Shown: positions 9,075 to 19,815 of the stretch, piece by piece
How positions within the stretch are numbered: position 1 is the first letter of the stretch
How the letters are laid out: every line of letters begins with the position of its first letter
NCBI GenBank assembly: GCA_051252375.1
Contig: JBPOFY010000012.1
Coordinates: 1-64,000 of the forward strand
Length of the DNA: 64,000 nucleotides
DNA from: Opitutaceae bacterium
GTDB lineage: Bacteria > Verrucomicrobiota > Verrucomicrobiia > Opitutales > Coraliomargaritaceae
Reading direction: 5' to 3'
The notes under the pieces: model-generated
The model's database searches: none
What the model was told of the DNA's origin: nothing
The model's input: the letters and a program-made list of their open reading frames with translations, nothing else
Position numbers and translations under genes: made by a program

Positions 9075-11381
9075 TTACTGAATAAAGAGAAATTGCTGGG
9101 TATTCATCATCGCCCAGATGATACGCTCACGCGCTTTTTCTGGGTTCTCCATGAAGTAGGGTATCAGTGCTTTGGTTTCTTCCGGCGTAGGTTTACGCGA
9201 GAGGAAACCGATGTAGAGTGTCTCCAGTTTTTCTTCCGGGGTTTTTACCAAGCGTGCTTCCAGAACTGGGGTGGAGTTCTTCGCCATCAACTGATTTGTC
9301 TGGTTGGAGTTCATCAGAAAGAGCGCTTGGATCACGTTGCCGTTGGACTCTGAGTTCTCGATCAAGTCGCGGTCTGATTGACCAAATACTTGGAGGAGGT
9401 GACCATCATACTCTGGTGAGTTCAGCTCTGAAGCGCGGCGGATATTGTTTTTATAATAGCCGTTGGAATCCTTGTTCTTATTCTTCGCTTCGTCGCTAGC
9501 CATCATGCTCATGCCCATCATTGCGCCGGAGCCATCTGCTTCCATTGCTGGATTCATCATGGCGTTATACTTTTCCTGTAGCTCCCGGTTTTGCTTCTGT
9601 AGTTTTTTGAGTTCTTCCGATCTTTTAGATTTTGGATCGTTACGAATTTCGTAGAGGCGTGTGCGGTTTGTTTCAAATTCCTGCATGGCCTCGGCAGTTT
9701 TGGCAATGTGCTGCGCCAATTGGGCGGTTGGCATCGTCTCCAGCATTTTGGCGGCGGCAGGCATTTGCTCGCTGCTGTATTGATTCCTGTTGTTGCGGGC
9801 AGTATAGCTTTCGCGAATATTTCGGTCAATGTCCGGCGACATGAGTGTGGCAATGGAGTCCCAGATTTGCTCTGCCGACATGCGCTCGAAAATGGGACCT
9901 TCCATGTGGTAATCGTCGTCCAAGTCGGGGTTGTCCATGACGGCTTCGCGCTGGAAGTAGCGTGTGTTGTAAGCGATCCGGAGGAACTGCTTTAGGTCGT
10001 AGTCGAGACTGACCATCAGCTCCTCTAGGTAGACCATCAGCTCTGGGATATCAGCTACGGAGGTAGCTGTTAAATTATCGACCGGCTCAATTAAGCCCTT
10101 GCCCATGGCGTGCTTCCACATGCGGTTGGCGATGACCTTTGTGAAGCGCTCGTTATTTTCCGAAACCATCCATTCGGCATAGCTCTCGACGCGCGTGGCG
10201 GGATCATGCAGTTGGGCCGCGTCTTCGAGCTCACCATAGAGAACAGCGGGCTCAACGACTGACTTGGGCTTGGCATCGTCATACTGATAGTCGTGCGGCA
10301 GCTTGAGGTTCCGGTTGGTGTTGACCACGCCGTAGCGCATAGGCTGGAAAAAGTCGCGAACGGTTTTGCCAGTGTTTCTTTTCTGCGGGTCCTTTTGGTC
10401 GATAATGCCTTCGTCGCGAAGGTATTTGAAAACTTCTTTGATCTCCGGGACTTCCTTGTTGATGTCGACGCCAGTCTTCATGCCATAGGTGAAGGCGGAC
10501 AGTTGGTAGAACTCTTTTTGTGTCCAAACGTCGGTCGGGTGGTCGTGGCACTGAGCGCACTGCATTTGGGTGCCGAGGAAGACTTGCGCGGTCATCGACA
10601 TGTTGTCGAGTGGCATGCCGTAGTCGCGCAGATAGTAGCCGACGGCTGGATTATCCCATGGGTAGCCTTCTGCAGTGAGCAGTGACTTTACGAAAGTGTC
10701 GTAGGGGACGTTGTTACGTATCTGCTCTTTGATCCAGGGGACATAATAAATGCCGCCGTGTTGGGAGCCGTCACGACCGATCGATCGCGCGCGTAGGACG
10801 TCTGCCCATAGGTTGAAATTGTGGCTCACATAGCCGGGAGAATCGAGGAGCTTGTCGACGAGCTGGGTGCGCTTGTAGGGGTTCTCGTCGTTCAAGAAAT
10901 GCACGGCTTCCGCATGTGTGGGGATGCGCCCGATGATTTTTAAATAGCTGCGGCGTAGATAGGTGGCGTCGTCAATGAATGGTTTCGGTTCAACACCTTT
11001 TTCCTTCCAGTAGTTAGCTAGTATACTATCGATTCGTGTGCTCGCATTGAAGTGCTTTGGATCCTTCTCTACCGGGGCAATCGAAGTCGCTTCTTCGATG
11101 CCGAGGTATTTATATTTGGTGAGTCGACCTGCGGCGCTCTCTGCCAGAATGAATTTTTGGTCCTTCTTTGAGAAGGCTTTGAGCTCTAATGGGTAGAGCT
11201 TCTTGTCAACGTGACGGCGAATCGTAATCGTGTCGCCGTCCATGGAGTGTAGGTCGGCGTCTAATGTTACCCCCTCTGCATTTGTAAAGACCCGTGCCTG
11301 AGCAGAGCTGCACAATAGGATGGAGGTTACTAGGAAGATGCTTCGCTTGATAAAGGATCGGATTTGGTCGCTCATGATCAT
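9075..11381 (-). CDS. DUF1549/DUF1553 (PSD1-type) protein with N-terminal SHD1-like domain
   Basis: YLRRSYLKIIGRIPT, CAQCHDHP, ANRMWKHAMGKGLIEPVD, QALFLMN; N-terminal RVFTNAEG. Confidence 0.9.
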   Translation of the reverse strand: MIMSDQIRSFIKRSIFLVTSILLCSSAQARVFTNAEGVTLDADLHSMDGDTITIRRHVDKKLYPLELKAFSKKDQKFILAESAAGRLTKYKYLGIEEATSIAPVEKDPKHFNASTRIDSILANYWKEKGVEPKPFIDDATYLRRSYLKIIGRIPTHAEAVHFLNDENPYKRTQLVDKLLDSPGYVSHNFNLWADVLRARSIGRDGSQHGGIYYVPWIKEQIRNNVPYDTFVKSLLTAEGYPWDNPAVGYYLRDYGMPLDNMSMTAQVFLGTQMQCAQCHDHPTDVWTQKEFYQLSAFTYGMKTGVDINKEVPEIKEVFKYLRDEGIIDQKDPQKRNTGKTVRDFFQPMRYGVVNTNRNLKLPHDYQYDDAKPKSVVEPAVLYGELEDAAQLHDPATRVESYAEWMVSENNERFTKVIANRMWKHAMGKGLIEPVDNLTATSVADIPELMVYLEELMVSLDYDLKQFLRIAYNTRYFQREAVMDNPDLDDDYHMEGPIFERMSAEQIWDSIATLMSPDIDRNIRESYTARNNRNQYSSEQMPAAAKMLETMPTAQLAQHIAKTAEAMQEFETNRTRLYEIRNDPKSKRSEELKKLQKQNRELQEKYNAMMNPAMEADGSGAMMGMSMMASDEAKNKNKDSNGYYKNNIRRASELNSPEYDGHLLQVFGQSDRDLIENSESNGNVIQALFLMNSNQTNQLMAKNSTPVLEARLVKTPEEKLETLYIGFLSRKPTPEETKALIPYFMENPEKARERIIWAMMNTQQFLFIQ

Positions 11382-11586
11382 CTTTGGGTGGGGTGGTTTG
11401 AGAACAGTAGATGGTTGTGTAATATTATCCGAAAATCGCCGGATTTAATATCCCGTATTTGCGGCATCATAGAAAGGATATCGTTGATTATATGCTATTG
11501 TTTCGCAAACATTTGTAAATGTTCGGGAGCAGATTTGGCAGGCTGCTTACAAATATGACTAAGATGCGGAATTGGTTGGTTGATTT

Positions 11587-11979
11587 ATGATGAGTGAGGA
11601 CGATATTCCAGATTTGGCCCCCTATGAGGATGAGTGGACGCCGCGCATACAGCGGATTGAGAAACTTGCGGAGTTGCTGGATTCGAAATTCACGATCCCA
11701 GGCACGACGATCAAGTTTGGCTGGGATGCCATCATTGGATTGATTCCGGTGGCGGGCGATACGCTGACTGTGTTGCCCCAGTGCTATTTGCTGTATGAAG
11801 CAATTCGCTTGAAGGTGGGTTACAAGGTCCTAGCTCGGATGCTTCTCAACGTATTGATCGACTGGTTGATCGGTGCGATTCCTGTGCTTGGTGATGTGTT
11901 GGACGTGGCTTTTAAGAGCAATGTGATGAATGCCAAATTGGTGGCGGAGGCGATGCGAGAGAAGCGTGCGGATCTGTGA
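11587..11979 (+). CDS. DUF4112 family membrane protein
   Basis: LLDSKFTIPGT..FGWDAIIGLIPVAGD...GAIPVLGDVLDVAFKSN. Confidence 0.88.
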   Translation: MMSEDDIPDLAPYEDEWTPRIQRIEKLAELLDSKFTIPGTTIKFGWDAIIGLIPVAGDTLTVLPQCYLLYEAIRLKVGYKVLARMLLNVLIDWLIGAIPVLGDVLDVAFKSNVMNAKLVAEAMREKRADL

Positions 11980-11995
11980 TTTTTGAGTGGGGTGA

Positions 11996-12028
11996 TTTTA
12001 AGACAGAATAATTAGGGACAGAATTATT
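11996..12028. repeat. Dispersed repeat, copy of 1067-1099
   Basis: TTTTAAGACAGAATAATTAGGGACAGAATTATT vs TTTTAAGACAGAATAATTTGGGGCAGAATAATT, 30/33 identical. Confidence 0.8.
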
Positions 12029-12138
12029 GGGAGAATAGTGGCAACGTGGGCGGATCTTTGAGTGGCGGAGTTGGTTGTGGAGTTGGTTGTGGGTAATCTG
12101 GCTTGCGGGGCGCGGCAGATGCTTTCAGCTTTGTGGGT

Positions 12139-12927
12139 ATGCCGAAGATTTTATTTCTTGGAGACATTGTTGGACGACCGGGGCGTGCTTTTGTAAAAGA
12201 GCGCTTGGCTTCGCTGCGTGAAGAAACAGGAGCGGACTTCGTGATCGCGAATGCGGAGAACTCGGCGGGTGGCGCGGGCATCACTAAAAAGATTGCCGAC
12301 GAGCTCACGGCTGCAGGTGTGGATGCGATTACATTAGGTGACCACGTTTGGGATCAAAAGAATTTTGAAAATGAGATCGGTGAACTGGAGACGGTTTGTC
12401 GACCTGCGAATTTACCGGAGCAAAACCCTGGACGCACGCATGTGGTGATTGAGAAAGACGGTTTTCGCGTCGGCGTGTTTACTGTGCTGGGGCGTAACTA
12501 TCTGACTTTAAAATCGAGCTGCCCGTTTCAGATGGCGGATGCGAAGCTTGCGGAGTTAGCCGATCAATGTGACGCGGTTTTTGTGGAGTCACACATGGAA
12601 GCGACTTCTGAGAAGATTGCATTAGGTTGGCATCTGGATGGGCGTGCTGCGGCGGTGGTGGGCACGCATACGCATGTGCCGACGGCCGATGGTCGAGTGC
12701 TGCCAAATGGCACAGCCTATTTGAGTGATGCCGGTATGTGTGGACCTTACGAAGGTGTGCTTGGGCGAGATTACAGCCAAGTGATCGCGAGTTTTCTAGA
12801 TGGTATGAAACGTCGTTTCCCTGTGGCGGAAGGCGATGTGCGTATATGCGGTTGTTTGATCGATGTCGATCCAGCGACCGGATTGGCGCTCAGTTTTGAG
12901 CGGATCGAAGTCGCGCAGATGTCTTAA
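12139..12927 (+). CDS. YmdB-like metallophosphoesterase (TIGR00282 family)
   Basis: [41 protein letters not shown]; start set at ATG 12139. Confidence 0.92.
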   Translation: MPKILFLGDIVGRPGRAFVKERLASLREETGADFVIANAENSAGGAGITKKIADELTAAGVDAITLGDHVWDQKNFENEIGELETVCRPANLPEQNPGRTHVVIEKDGFRVGVFTVLGRNYLTLKSSCPFQMADAKLAELADQCDAVFVESHMEATSEKIALGWHLDGRAAAVVGTHTHVPTADGRVLPNGTAYLSDAGMCGPYEGVLGRDYSQVIASFLDGMKRRFPVAEGDVRICGCLIDVDPATGLALSFERIEVAQMS

Positions 12928-12928
12928 A

Positions 12929-15658
12929 TTATTGCTCGATCGTGGCTTGTAGTCGTAGCCCGTCGTCTTCGAAGTGAAGGTTTGCTTTAGCGCGTTTCCA
13001 GATGGGATTCATTATGGGCATGGCGGTTTCACCTCTTGGTTCTAAGGGAGAACCGAATGCGACGGACTCCATCGTTTTTAAGGTTTCATTCCATTGGTAG
13101 CCTTGCCCTCCGGGGCAAACGATTTGTTGGTGGAAGGAAGTCGCGTGGACCTCGACTGGATTTTGGCCTGGGAAGCGCATGTGCCATTCGTTGAGGATTG
13201 GTAGGGCACTCCAACTGACTGCTTGTTGTTTGCGCAATGGGCTCTCGCCGCTCCACTGCGGTAAATCTTTTAGGAAATCAAGTTGTGCAAAACCAAAGAT
13301 GTGTTGAGGGGCGAGCTCTTCGGCAGGTTCTTCAGGAGCTTCCTTTGCCGCTGCTGCTCGATCCATCGCGCGGTGCAGCACTTTTTCATCTAGTGAGAGA
13401 ATTAGGGCATCTTTTTGTGCGGCGTAGTAGAGTGCAATTTCGAGTTCACCAGTGATTGAATCGTCGCCGTTTATGACGACGTATGGCTTTTCATTATGTT
13501 CGCGTGTTTCCCATCGGAGTAGTCCGGGGGCGGCTTGTTCTGAGAAGCTGCGCAGCCCTGTTAGGAAGATTGCCAATCGCGCGGTGCTTCGTGATGCGAT
13601 GCGTATACCGACTGGGAATTTACCGAGGTTGTCTTCGATGTAGTCTTCGGGGTCTTCGGCAGCTTGGACGTCTTTCCAAAATGGTGTGGCATCGATGAAG
13701 ATCGAGATTGATTGCCCGATCCATGCCAGAGGGTTGGCTTGAAAGCCTGGCACCATGGATTGGCTAAAGCTATTTGCCTGCATGAAGGGTGCGCTCTCGG
13801 GATCGACCGCAAAGGAGGTGAAGATCAATGCTTCGGGGTGTGCTTTGCGGGCGGGGGCGTCGAGTGTGGCGTCGCCGGCAAGTTCGATCCAGTCGTCGTA
13901 TTCGCTGCCAAGGGTTAATGGGATGACGGACAGATCAACGGCATAGCTGGTTTCTGTGATTTTCAGGCTCAATGCAATGGGGTCGAAGACTCGCCAGCCG
14001 TTTTCATAGCCACGTCGCCAGCGTAGGTATCCGTCTTGTTCGACCTTGGTGACGGTCTCGATGTTCAATTCTGAATTGGGGGTGAGGAAGGCGAGTGTGT
14101 TGTAGTGTTCGCTTTGCGCGGTTTTGCCGTCGGCTTCTATTGTGCCGACGAGTGCTTTGTAGTCATCACCGAGAGGTTGATCGTCGATAAGTCTGGCAGT
14201 TGACTCTGCGAGGACGGCTGCGGCTCGGGTGCGGCGCGATGCTCCGATGCGGACCGCGGGGCTGCCCCAGCGGCGAATGGTGGCGTCGGATAGAAAGAGA
14301 AAGGCGCTGGCGTCGTTCGCGAGTGGATAGCGTTGGCGAAAGTATTTAAATTCATCCGTGCTGGCGAGTGAGGGGCTGTCTCCCTTAGTCACGGCGGAAA
14401 GGTGTTTTAGTTGCGCAGGTGAATTGGCGACCGCGACATAGTGTTCACTTTGAAAAATGTAAGCCGAGAAGCTGCGATCTGCGGTGGTATATGCGACGGA
14501 GCCTTTGCTGAGTTTTTCAGTCGTCGCTCCGACTGCGTTGGCTTGTAGCCCGACGAAGCTAGAGATCGCGGCGAAGAGTGCCTCGGGTTGAGCGCTTTCA
14601 AAGACAACAGCGACGTCGGTTCCGGACGGGAAGAACGGATCGCCGCCTGTAATGGCGACACTCTTGATTGGCATTTTCTCGGAGATCACATTCGGGATGC
14701 GTAGTCCCATTTGTCCTTCGTAGCGGTCGATGAGTTTCCGGTAAGGATTCGTGGTGCTGCGTGCCTCAAGTGCGGGCGCACTTTCGCTGTCGAGCGCGTC
14801 CATTGTTTGATTGAGTGCCTTGATTGAAGGAAAGAAGACCGCGTGTTGATCTTCGGGGAGGTGTGTCGCTAGTGGGTCGAGTGGCACTTCTTTAGAATGT
14901 AAGCGCTCAGACCAGTCGATGGCGCGGACAGTAATACCTTGAATGGATTTGAGTGGGATGGGGGCCTTGTCTTCTTCTTTTTCGGACTCGGCTAGTATGA
15001 TGGCGCGATCGAGTGCTAGATTTTCAGCAATGGCTCGGTGCCCGCTGAATAAATTAAAGGTTTGGTTGAGATGGCTTTCTCGGCTGTTTGTAAACGGGTC
15101 GATTGGGTTTTCTGTGAGCGCCGGATCAGAAGGGTCTCCTGAAATATGGCGAAACCAGGCTGAACCTGGTATAGCAGCCTTCGATAGGCGGATATAATTG
15201 CTTTTGCGGACAGCTTCAAAAGCTTCGCGAGTGGTGGGTTCTACCGTTGTTGGGTCGAACTTGAAGGGTATGCCTCGCAATTGCGGTGTGCCAGGAGATC
15301 GCAGTATGGCCGAACCTGTGATGGTCGCTTCATTTTCCAGTCGTATGCCAACCAGTAATGAGCCTTGCCGCATCCACCAACGATTGTTGGCCTCGTCTTC
15401 ATCTGGCAGTGGGAAGCCAATATATGCTTCCGCATCTGCCTGCTCGATTTGCAGGTATGGGAATTGGGCTAGACCCAGTCCGCGCCGAGATTGCCGTTGG
15501 ATTGATTGGCTGTATATCCGATCGAGGCTTGTGTCGCCCTCGACTTCAAATTGCAGGTTTCGCACTTCGACCACGTAGTAACTTTCCGCCTGAGCGGTGC
15601 CACCAAGTGCGCATAGCGCGATTAAAACAAGAGGGGGTATACAATCACGCAGCTTCAT
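12929..15658 (-). CDS. Large hypothetical secreted protein (909 aa)
   Basis: Long ORF with signal peptide (..GTAQA/ES); no family recognised. Confidence 0.75.
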   Translation of the reverse strand: MKLRDCIPPLVLIALCALGGTAQAESYYVVEVRNLQFEVEGDTSLDRIYSQSIQRQSRRGLGLAQFPYLQIEQADAEAYIGFPLPDEDEANNRWWMRQGSLLVGIRLENEATITGSAILRSPGTPQLRGIPFKFDPTTVEPTTREAFEAVRKSNYIRLSKAAIPGSAWFRHISGDPSDPALTENPIDPFTNSRESHLNQTFNLFSGHRAIAENLALDRAIILAESEKEEDKAPIPLKSIQGITVRAIDWSERLHSKEVPLDPLATHLPEDQHAVFFPSIKALNQTMDALDSESAPALEARSTTNPYRKLIDRYEGQMGLRIPNVISEKMPIKSVAITGGDPFFPSGTDVAVVFESAQPEALFAAISSFVGLQANAVGATTEKLSKGSVAYTTADRSFSAYIFQSEHYVAVANSPAQLKHLSAVTKGDSPSLASTDEFKYFRQRYPLANDASAFLFLSDATIRRWGSPAVRIGASRRTRAAAVLAESTARLIDDQPLGDDYKALVGTIEADGKTAQSEHYNTLAFLTPNSELNIETVTKVEQDGYLRWRRGYENGWRVFDPIALSLKITETSYAVDLSVIPLTLGSEYDDWIELAGDATLDAPARKAHPEALIFTSFAVDPESAPFMQANSFSQSMVPGFQANPLAWIGQSISIFIDATPFWKDVQAAEDPEDYIEDNLGKFPVGIRIASRSTARLAIFLTGLRSFSEQAAPGLLRWETREHNEKPYVVINGDDSITGELEIALYYAAQKDALILSLDEKVLHRAMDRAAAAKEAPEEPAEELAPQHIFGFAQLDFLKDLPQWSGESPLRKQQAVSWSALPILNEWHMRFPGQNPVEVHATSFHQQIVCPGGQGYQWNETLKTMESVAFGSPLEPRGETAMPIMNPIWKRAKANLHFEDDGLRLQATIEQ

Positions 15659-15735
15659 ACGCTTAACATGAACGAAGCGGTGGCTTTTTGAAATGTATTT
15701 TTCGCGGCCTCAGGCTGAATGTCTCTCGGTGAGGG

Positions 15736-16503
15736 TCATTGGCGTTTGGGCTTAATCGTGATCGCATCCTGACCTGCTTTCCATTCCATTTGATAGTCCT
15801 CGCAGATGCTGTCCAAGATCTGAGTGAAAGATCGATTTCTGAAGGAGTAGGAGCGTTTTTCCGGGTATGACTTCGGATTGAATAGGGGGACTAGGTTGAG
15901 GCCCTTGCCGTTATCGAGACCCTCAGTCACGGTCGCTTCAGATAGCATCTCAATGATTTTAGTTAAAGTTGCTTCATCGACCGAAAACTCGGTGATGAAA
16001 GCGTTGTCGAGGATCTCTTTTTTACGCTTTGTTTCCAAGTCTCTAAGCCTGCGGGTTTCGGTTCGGATTTGTTGGTCGATTGCGAATTTGCGCTCAAACA
16101 CCTTTTGGTAGGATGGATTTAGTTCGCTAGGAGATTGGAATATGACCACTCGACCATCTTGATAGATCCAATGTGCTCCAATTTGATTGGTCGCATAGGT
16201 GAGTATCTGATTCAGACTCAAGTTACGTAGACTGATATTTAGGTGACTGTCTTGGACTGATTTGGAGGCGACGACCTCAACACCATGCCCTTGCATGGTT
16301 TCTATAAATGCGGGGATGGGGGTCTTATCGAACTTGATCGATGGGATTATTTTTGAGCCTAGCTCTACCGGAAGCACATAGGGTTCCATTTGAGCTTGTA
16401 GCCGTTCGAGTTCAGGTGATGTGACTTGCGCACCTAGTGTGGGCAGGCTTGCGAGTATCCATACTAGCAGGCTGAAGCTTAGGATGGATAACTTCCGGTG
16501 CAT
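15736..16503 (-). CDS. Secreted protein with two STN/secretin-N-like domains
   Basis: Signal peptide; duplicated motif IxFxxxx...LRNxSxxQIL...W. Confidence 0.6.
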   Translation of the reverse strand: MHRKLSILSFSLLVWILASLPTLGAQVTSPELERLQAQMEPYVLPVELGSKIIPSIKFDKTPIPAFIETMQGHGVEVVASKSVQDSHLNISLRNLSLNQILTYATNQIGAHWIYQDGRVVIFQSPSELNPSYQKVFERKFAIDQQIRTETRRLRDLETKRKKEILDNAFITEFSVDEATLTKIIEMLSEATVTEGLDNGKGLNLVPLFNPKSYPEKRSYSFRNRSFTQILDSICEDYQMEWKAGQDAITIKPKRQ

Positions 16504-16515
16504 TATCTGAATTTG

Positions 16516-16776
16516 TTACACGTCAATCGTGACGTCGGCGTCGCCCTTTGGCTGGCAGCAGCAAAGTAGGGCGTGACCTTCGTCCGGCTCACCAGTGTGG
16601 CCGTTCGGGTATTCGACTTCGCCGGAAGTGACCTTTTGTTGGCAAGCCGTGCAGTTGCCCATGCGGCATCCGTAGTCGAGGTCGAGGTCGTTGGCCTCAG
16701 CTAGTTCTAGGATGCTTTCTTCGTCGCCTGTCCACTCGAAAGAGGCGCCTGATTTTTTAAAAATGATTTTTGCCAT
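16516..16776 (-). CDS. 2Fe-2S ferredoxin
   Basis: [10 protein letters not shown]...LCC plant-type 2Fe-2S motif; start ATG 16776. Confidence 0.92.
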   Translation of the reverse strand: MAKIIFKKSGASFEWTGDEESILELAEANDLDLDYGCRMGNCTACQQKVTSGEVEYPNGHTGEPDEGHALLCCCQPKGDADVTIDV

Positions 16777-16840
16777 ATAGCAGAGAGGCAATTGTTGAAT
16801 GGGAGGAATGCAAACTGATTGTGCAAAACTCGCGTTTTTC

Positions 16841-16960
16841 AGGAGTTAGAAGAAAGGGGGTAGAATTTGGAAGAAGGAGCGGGTTGTGATTAAAAGTCAG
16901 ATTTGTGGATGCGATGGCTGTATTAACTTCTAACTTCTTCTTTCTTCCTTCTAACTTCTT
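16841..16960. repeat. Degenerate inverted pair of heptamer arrays (TAACTTC / GAAGTTA type)
   Basis: Right arm TAACTTC TAACTTC TTCTTTC TTCCTTC TAACTTC (16924-16958); purine-rich left arm GGAGTTAGAAGAAAG...GGAAGAAGG. Confidence 0.6.
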
Positions 16961-16964
16961 TCCC

Positions 16965-17195
16965 ATGTCCAAGATACGCCAAATTGATTATACCACTCCG
17001 CGCACACTGGTTTCCTACAGTGGGAAGCGCACGATTCGGATGACGGGGGAGGAGAATCGCTATAAATTCTCGGGAATCTTGATCGCTGGAGAGGAGGACG
17101 AATTCGCTAAAATCGGTGAGGAGCGCAAAGATTGGCAGAAAAGCGCGTTTCCACTACCTTGGACAGATTCACCCGATGTGGTGCGACCTGATTAG
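16965..17195 (+). CDS. Small hypothetical protein (76 aa)
   Basis: ATG 16965 follows the heptamer array; MSKIRQIDYTTPRTLV...; no family recognised. Confidence 0.5.
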   Translation: MSKIRQIDYTTPRTLVSYSGKRTIRMTGEENRYKFSGILIAGEEDEFAKIGEERKDWQKSAFPLPWTDSPDVVRPD

Positions 17196-17298
17196 AAATT
17201 CTGCTTCTCCGCGCTTGACAGTCGGGTGAAGAGTCCCTTTTTTCCTCCCTTTTCCAAAATCCGGCCCTAGGCCCTGACATCTATAGAAACTTTTCATT

Positions 17299-17619
17299 AT
17301 GGCACTTAAAATCCGTCTCCAACGTCATGGCGCAAGCCACCGTCCTTTTTACCGCATGGTTGTTACCGAAGCACTTGCTCGTCGTGACGGCCGTTTCGTC
17401 GAAGTGCTTGGCACTTACGAGCCTCAAGCTAAACGCTCTGAGGACGAAGTGAAGATCAAGCTTGATCGCGTTGATTACTGGAAGTCTGTAGGTGCCAAGG
17501 CAACTGACACAGCTGCCAGCCTTATCCGTAAGGCACGTCGTGAAGCTCCAGCAGAAGTTGAAGCAGAAGCCGCTCCAGCAGCAGCCGAAGCTCCAGCAGC
17601 AGCTGAAGCCGAAGCGTAA
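17299..17619 (+). CDS. rpsP: 30S ribosomal protein S16 with Ala/Glu/Pro-rich tail
   Basis: MALKIRLQRHG...PFYRMVV...RDGRFVEVLGTYEP. Confidence 0.98.
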   Translation: MALKIRLQRHGASHRPFYRMVVTEALARRDGRFVEVLGTYEPQAKRSEDEVKIKLDRVDYWKSVGAKATDTAASLIRKARREAPAEVEAEAAPAAAEAPAAAEAEA

Positions 17620-17659
17620 ATCATTTTTCCCGAGTTCGGGAACTCGACCGATTGCTCTG

Positions 17660-18345
<686 letters not shown>

Positions 18346-18349
<4 letters not shown>

Positions 18350-18717
18350 GCCAAGCAATCCTAGAAGAAATTACACAAGATCAATTGAAGAGCGATCGTG
18401 CAGACTTTAAAGTCGGCGACGGCGTTCGCGTTCACCTTAAGGTTAAAGAAGGTGACAAGACACGTATCCAGATTTTTGCTGGTATCGTTATCGCTCGTAA
18501 GGGTGGTAGTCTTCAAGAAACTTTCACGGTTCGCCGTATCGCATCCGGTGTGGGTGTTGAGAAGGTGTTCCCTGTGCACAGCCCAACAATCGAGAAGGTT
18601 GAAATCGATCGCGAGTCGGTCACTATGCGTGCTCGTATGTATTACATGCGCGACCGTATCGGTAAGGCTGCTAACTTGGTTAAAGAAAAGCGCTTGTTTG
18701 AAGCGAAAAGAAAATAA
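18346..18717 (+). CDS. rplS: 50S ribosomal protein L19
   Basis: FKVGDGVRVH..EGDKTRIQIFAGIVI..TFTVRRIASGVGVEKVFP. Confidence 0.98.
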
Positions 18718-18738
18718 CCTGCGCTTAACTGCATTTTT

Positions 18739-18768
18739 AAAAGGTCGTCCGAGAGGGCGGCCTTTTTT
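18739..18768 (+). terminator. Rho-independent terminator of rpsP-trmD-rplS
   Basis: AAAAGGTCGTCC-GAGA-GGGCGGCCTTTTTT. Confidence 0.85.
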
Positions 18769-18864
18769 GTGTTTGGAGATTTGCGTGTGATGCGAAACTT
18801 GACCTGATTCGTTTAACTGAGCTTAATGCGGTCATTCTACGAATGTAACTTAACGCACTATAAA

Positions 18865-19548
18865 ATGGATTGGTATTACTCAGACGGTCAAAAGCAACAG
18901 GGTCCGATATCGGAAACAGAATTTAACGCTTTAGTGGAAGCGGGCTTGGTCCAACCATCTACGATGGTGTGGCATGAAGGCCTCGGGGATTGGCAAACAC
19001 ACGGCTCGCTTACCGGAGTGAGTGAGCCGGCGAAAGTGCCATCGTTGAGTGAGTCGATTTCGGTGACGAGGACTCAAGATATTCGCAGAGAGGGCTCAGT
19101 CCTAGTCATGGCGAAGGGTGCGCAGTTGCCGCATCGCTGTGTAAAATGCAATAAGCCCGCTGAAGGCGAGCCTTGGACAAAGAAGCTATCCTATAATCAT
19201 CCAGCGATCTACTTATTACTGCTGATTAACATTCTCGTCCTTTTAGTTGTGGCTGCATTAACCTCGAAAAAAGCGACGGTGGATGTGCCAGTCTGTGAAT
19301 TTCACCGAGCTAAGGTTAAAGGTGCGATTAAGCTTTCTTGGGCATTGTGCCTCAGTGCGATTGTATTGATCGTTTGCGCGATCGGAATGGAGTCCGGCGG
19401 GCTCGGGCTGTTTGGTTTTGTTACTTTATTAGTGGGAATCTTTGTCGGCATCGGCCGCGGGCGTCTCGTGTATGCGAGTAAGATCGACCAAGACCATGTG
19501 TGGATGAAGGGTGTTTGCCCTGAATACCTCGACGAGTTGTCGAGGTAG
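18865..19548 (+). CDS. GYF_2 (DUF4339) domain membrane protein
   Basis: WYYSDGQKQQGP...MVWHEGLGDW; LPHRCVKCN, VCEFH; three hydrophobic segments. Confidence 0.8.
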   Translation: MDWYYSDGQKQQGPISETEFNALVEAGLVQPSTMVWHEGLGDWQTHGSLTGVSEPAKVPSLSESISVTRTQDIRREGSVLVMAKGAQLPHRCVKCNKPAEGEPWTKKLSYNHPAIYLLLLINILVLLVVAALTSKKATVDVPVCEFHRAKVKGAIKLSWALCLSAIVLIVCAIGMESGGLGLFGFVTLLVGIFVGIGRGRLVYASKIDQDHVWMKGVCPEYLDELSR

Positions 19549-19602
19549 TAAAATTGGAGGCGCATAGTTATTTACTAAGGGAGGTTGCATAGCCGGTATT
19601 CT

Positions 19603-19700
19603 TGGAGGGCAATGCTCCGTCATTGCCGTTCGTGGGCGGCGCTCGAACTTCTCTCTCTCTGCAGGTCATACGTGCGGAAACGACGGAGCGTTTCCCTCCA
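19603..19700. repeat. REP-like inverted doublet, GGAG family
   Basis: TGGAG-GGCAATG-CTCCGT-CATTGCC and, on the opposite strand, TGGAG-GGAAACG-CTCCGT-CGTTTCC. Confidence 0.85.
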
Positions 19701-19815
19701 GTGCCTCAACGATTAATTCTTTAAACCTCGATTTAATGAAGGCGTTTTCGGCGGATCGCTATCGAACCAGTAAAATATGAGACGTGCACAAGCTGAGGGA
19801 AATAGCCCTAGCTGT

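Noticed and set aside
11508..11523. Palindrome AACATTT-GT-AAATGTT in a divergent promoter region
   Set aside because: AT-rich, single occurrence, cannot be assigned.
12067..12090. 12-bp tandem GGAGTTGGTTGT x2, possible gene remnant
   Set aside because: Only two units and no supporting ORF or second copy.
17492..17659. N-terminally extended TrmD overlapping rpsP
   Set aside because: The extension is an off-frame reading of the S16 tail; the conserved TrmD sequence starts at ATG 17660.
19549..19815. Possible MITE ends around the 19603 REP doublet
   Set aside because: No convincing TIR or target duplication, unlike at 60736.
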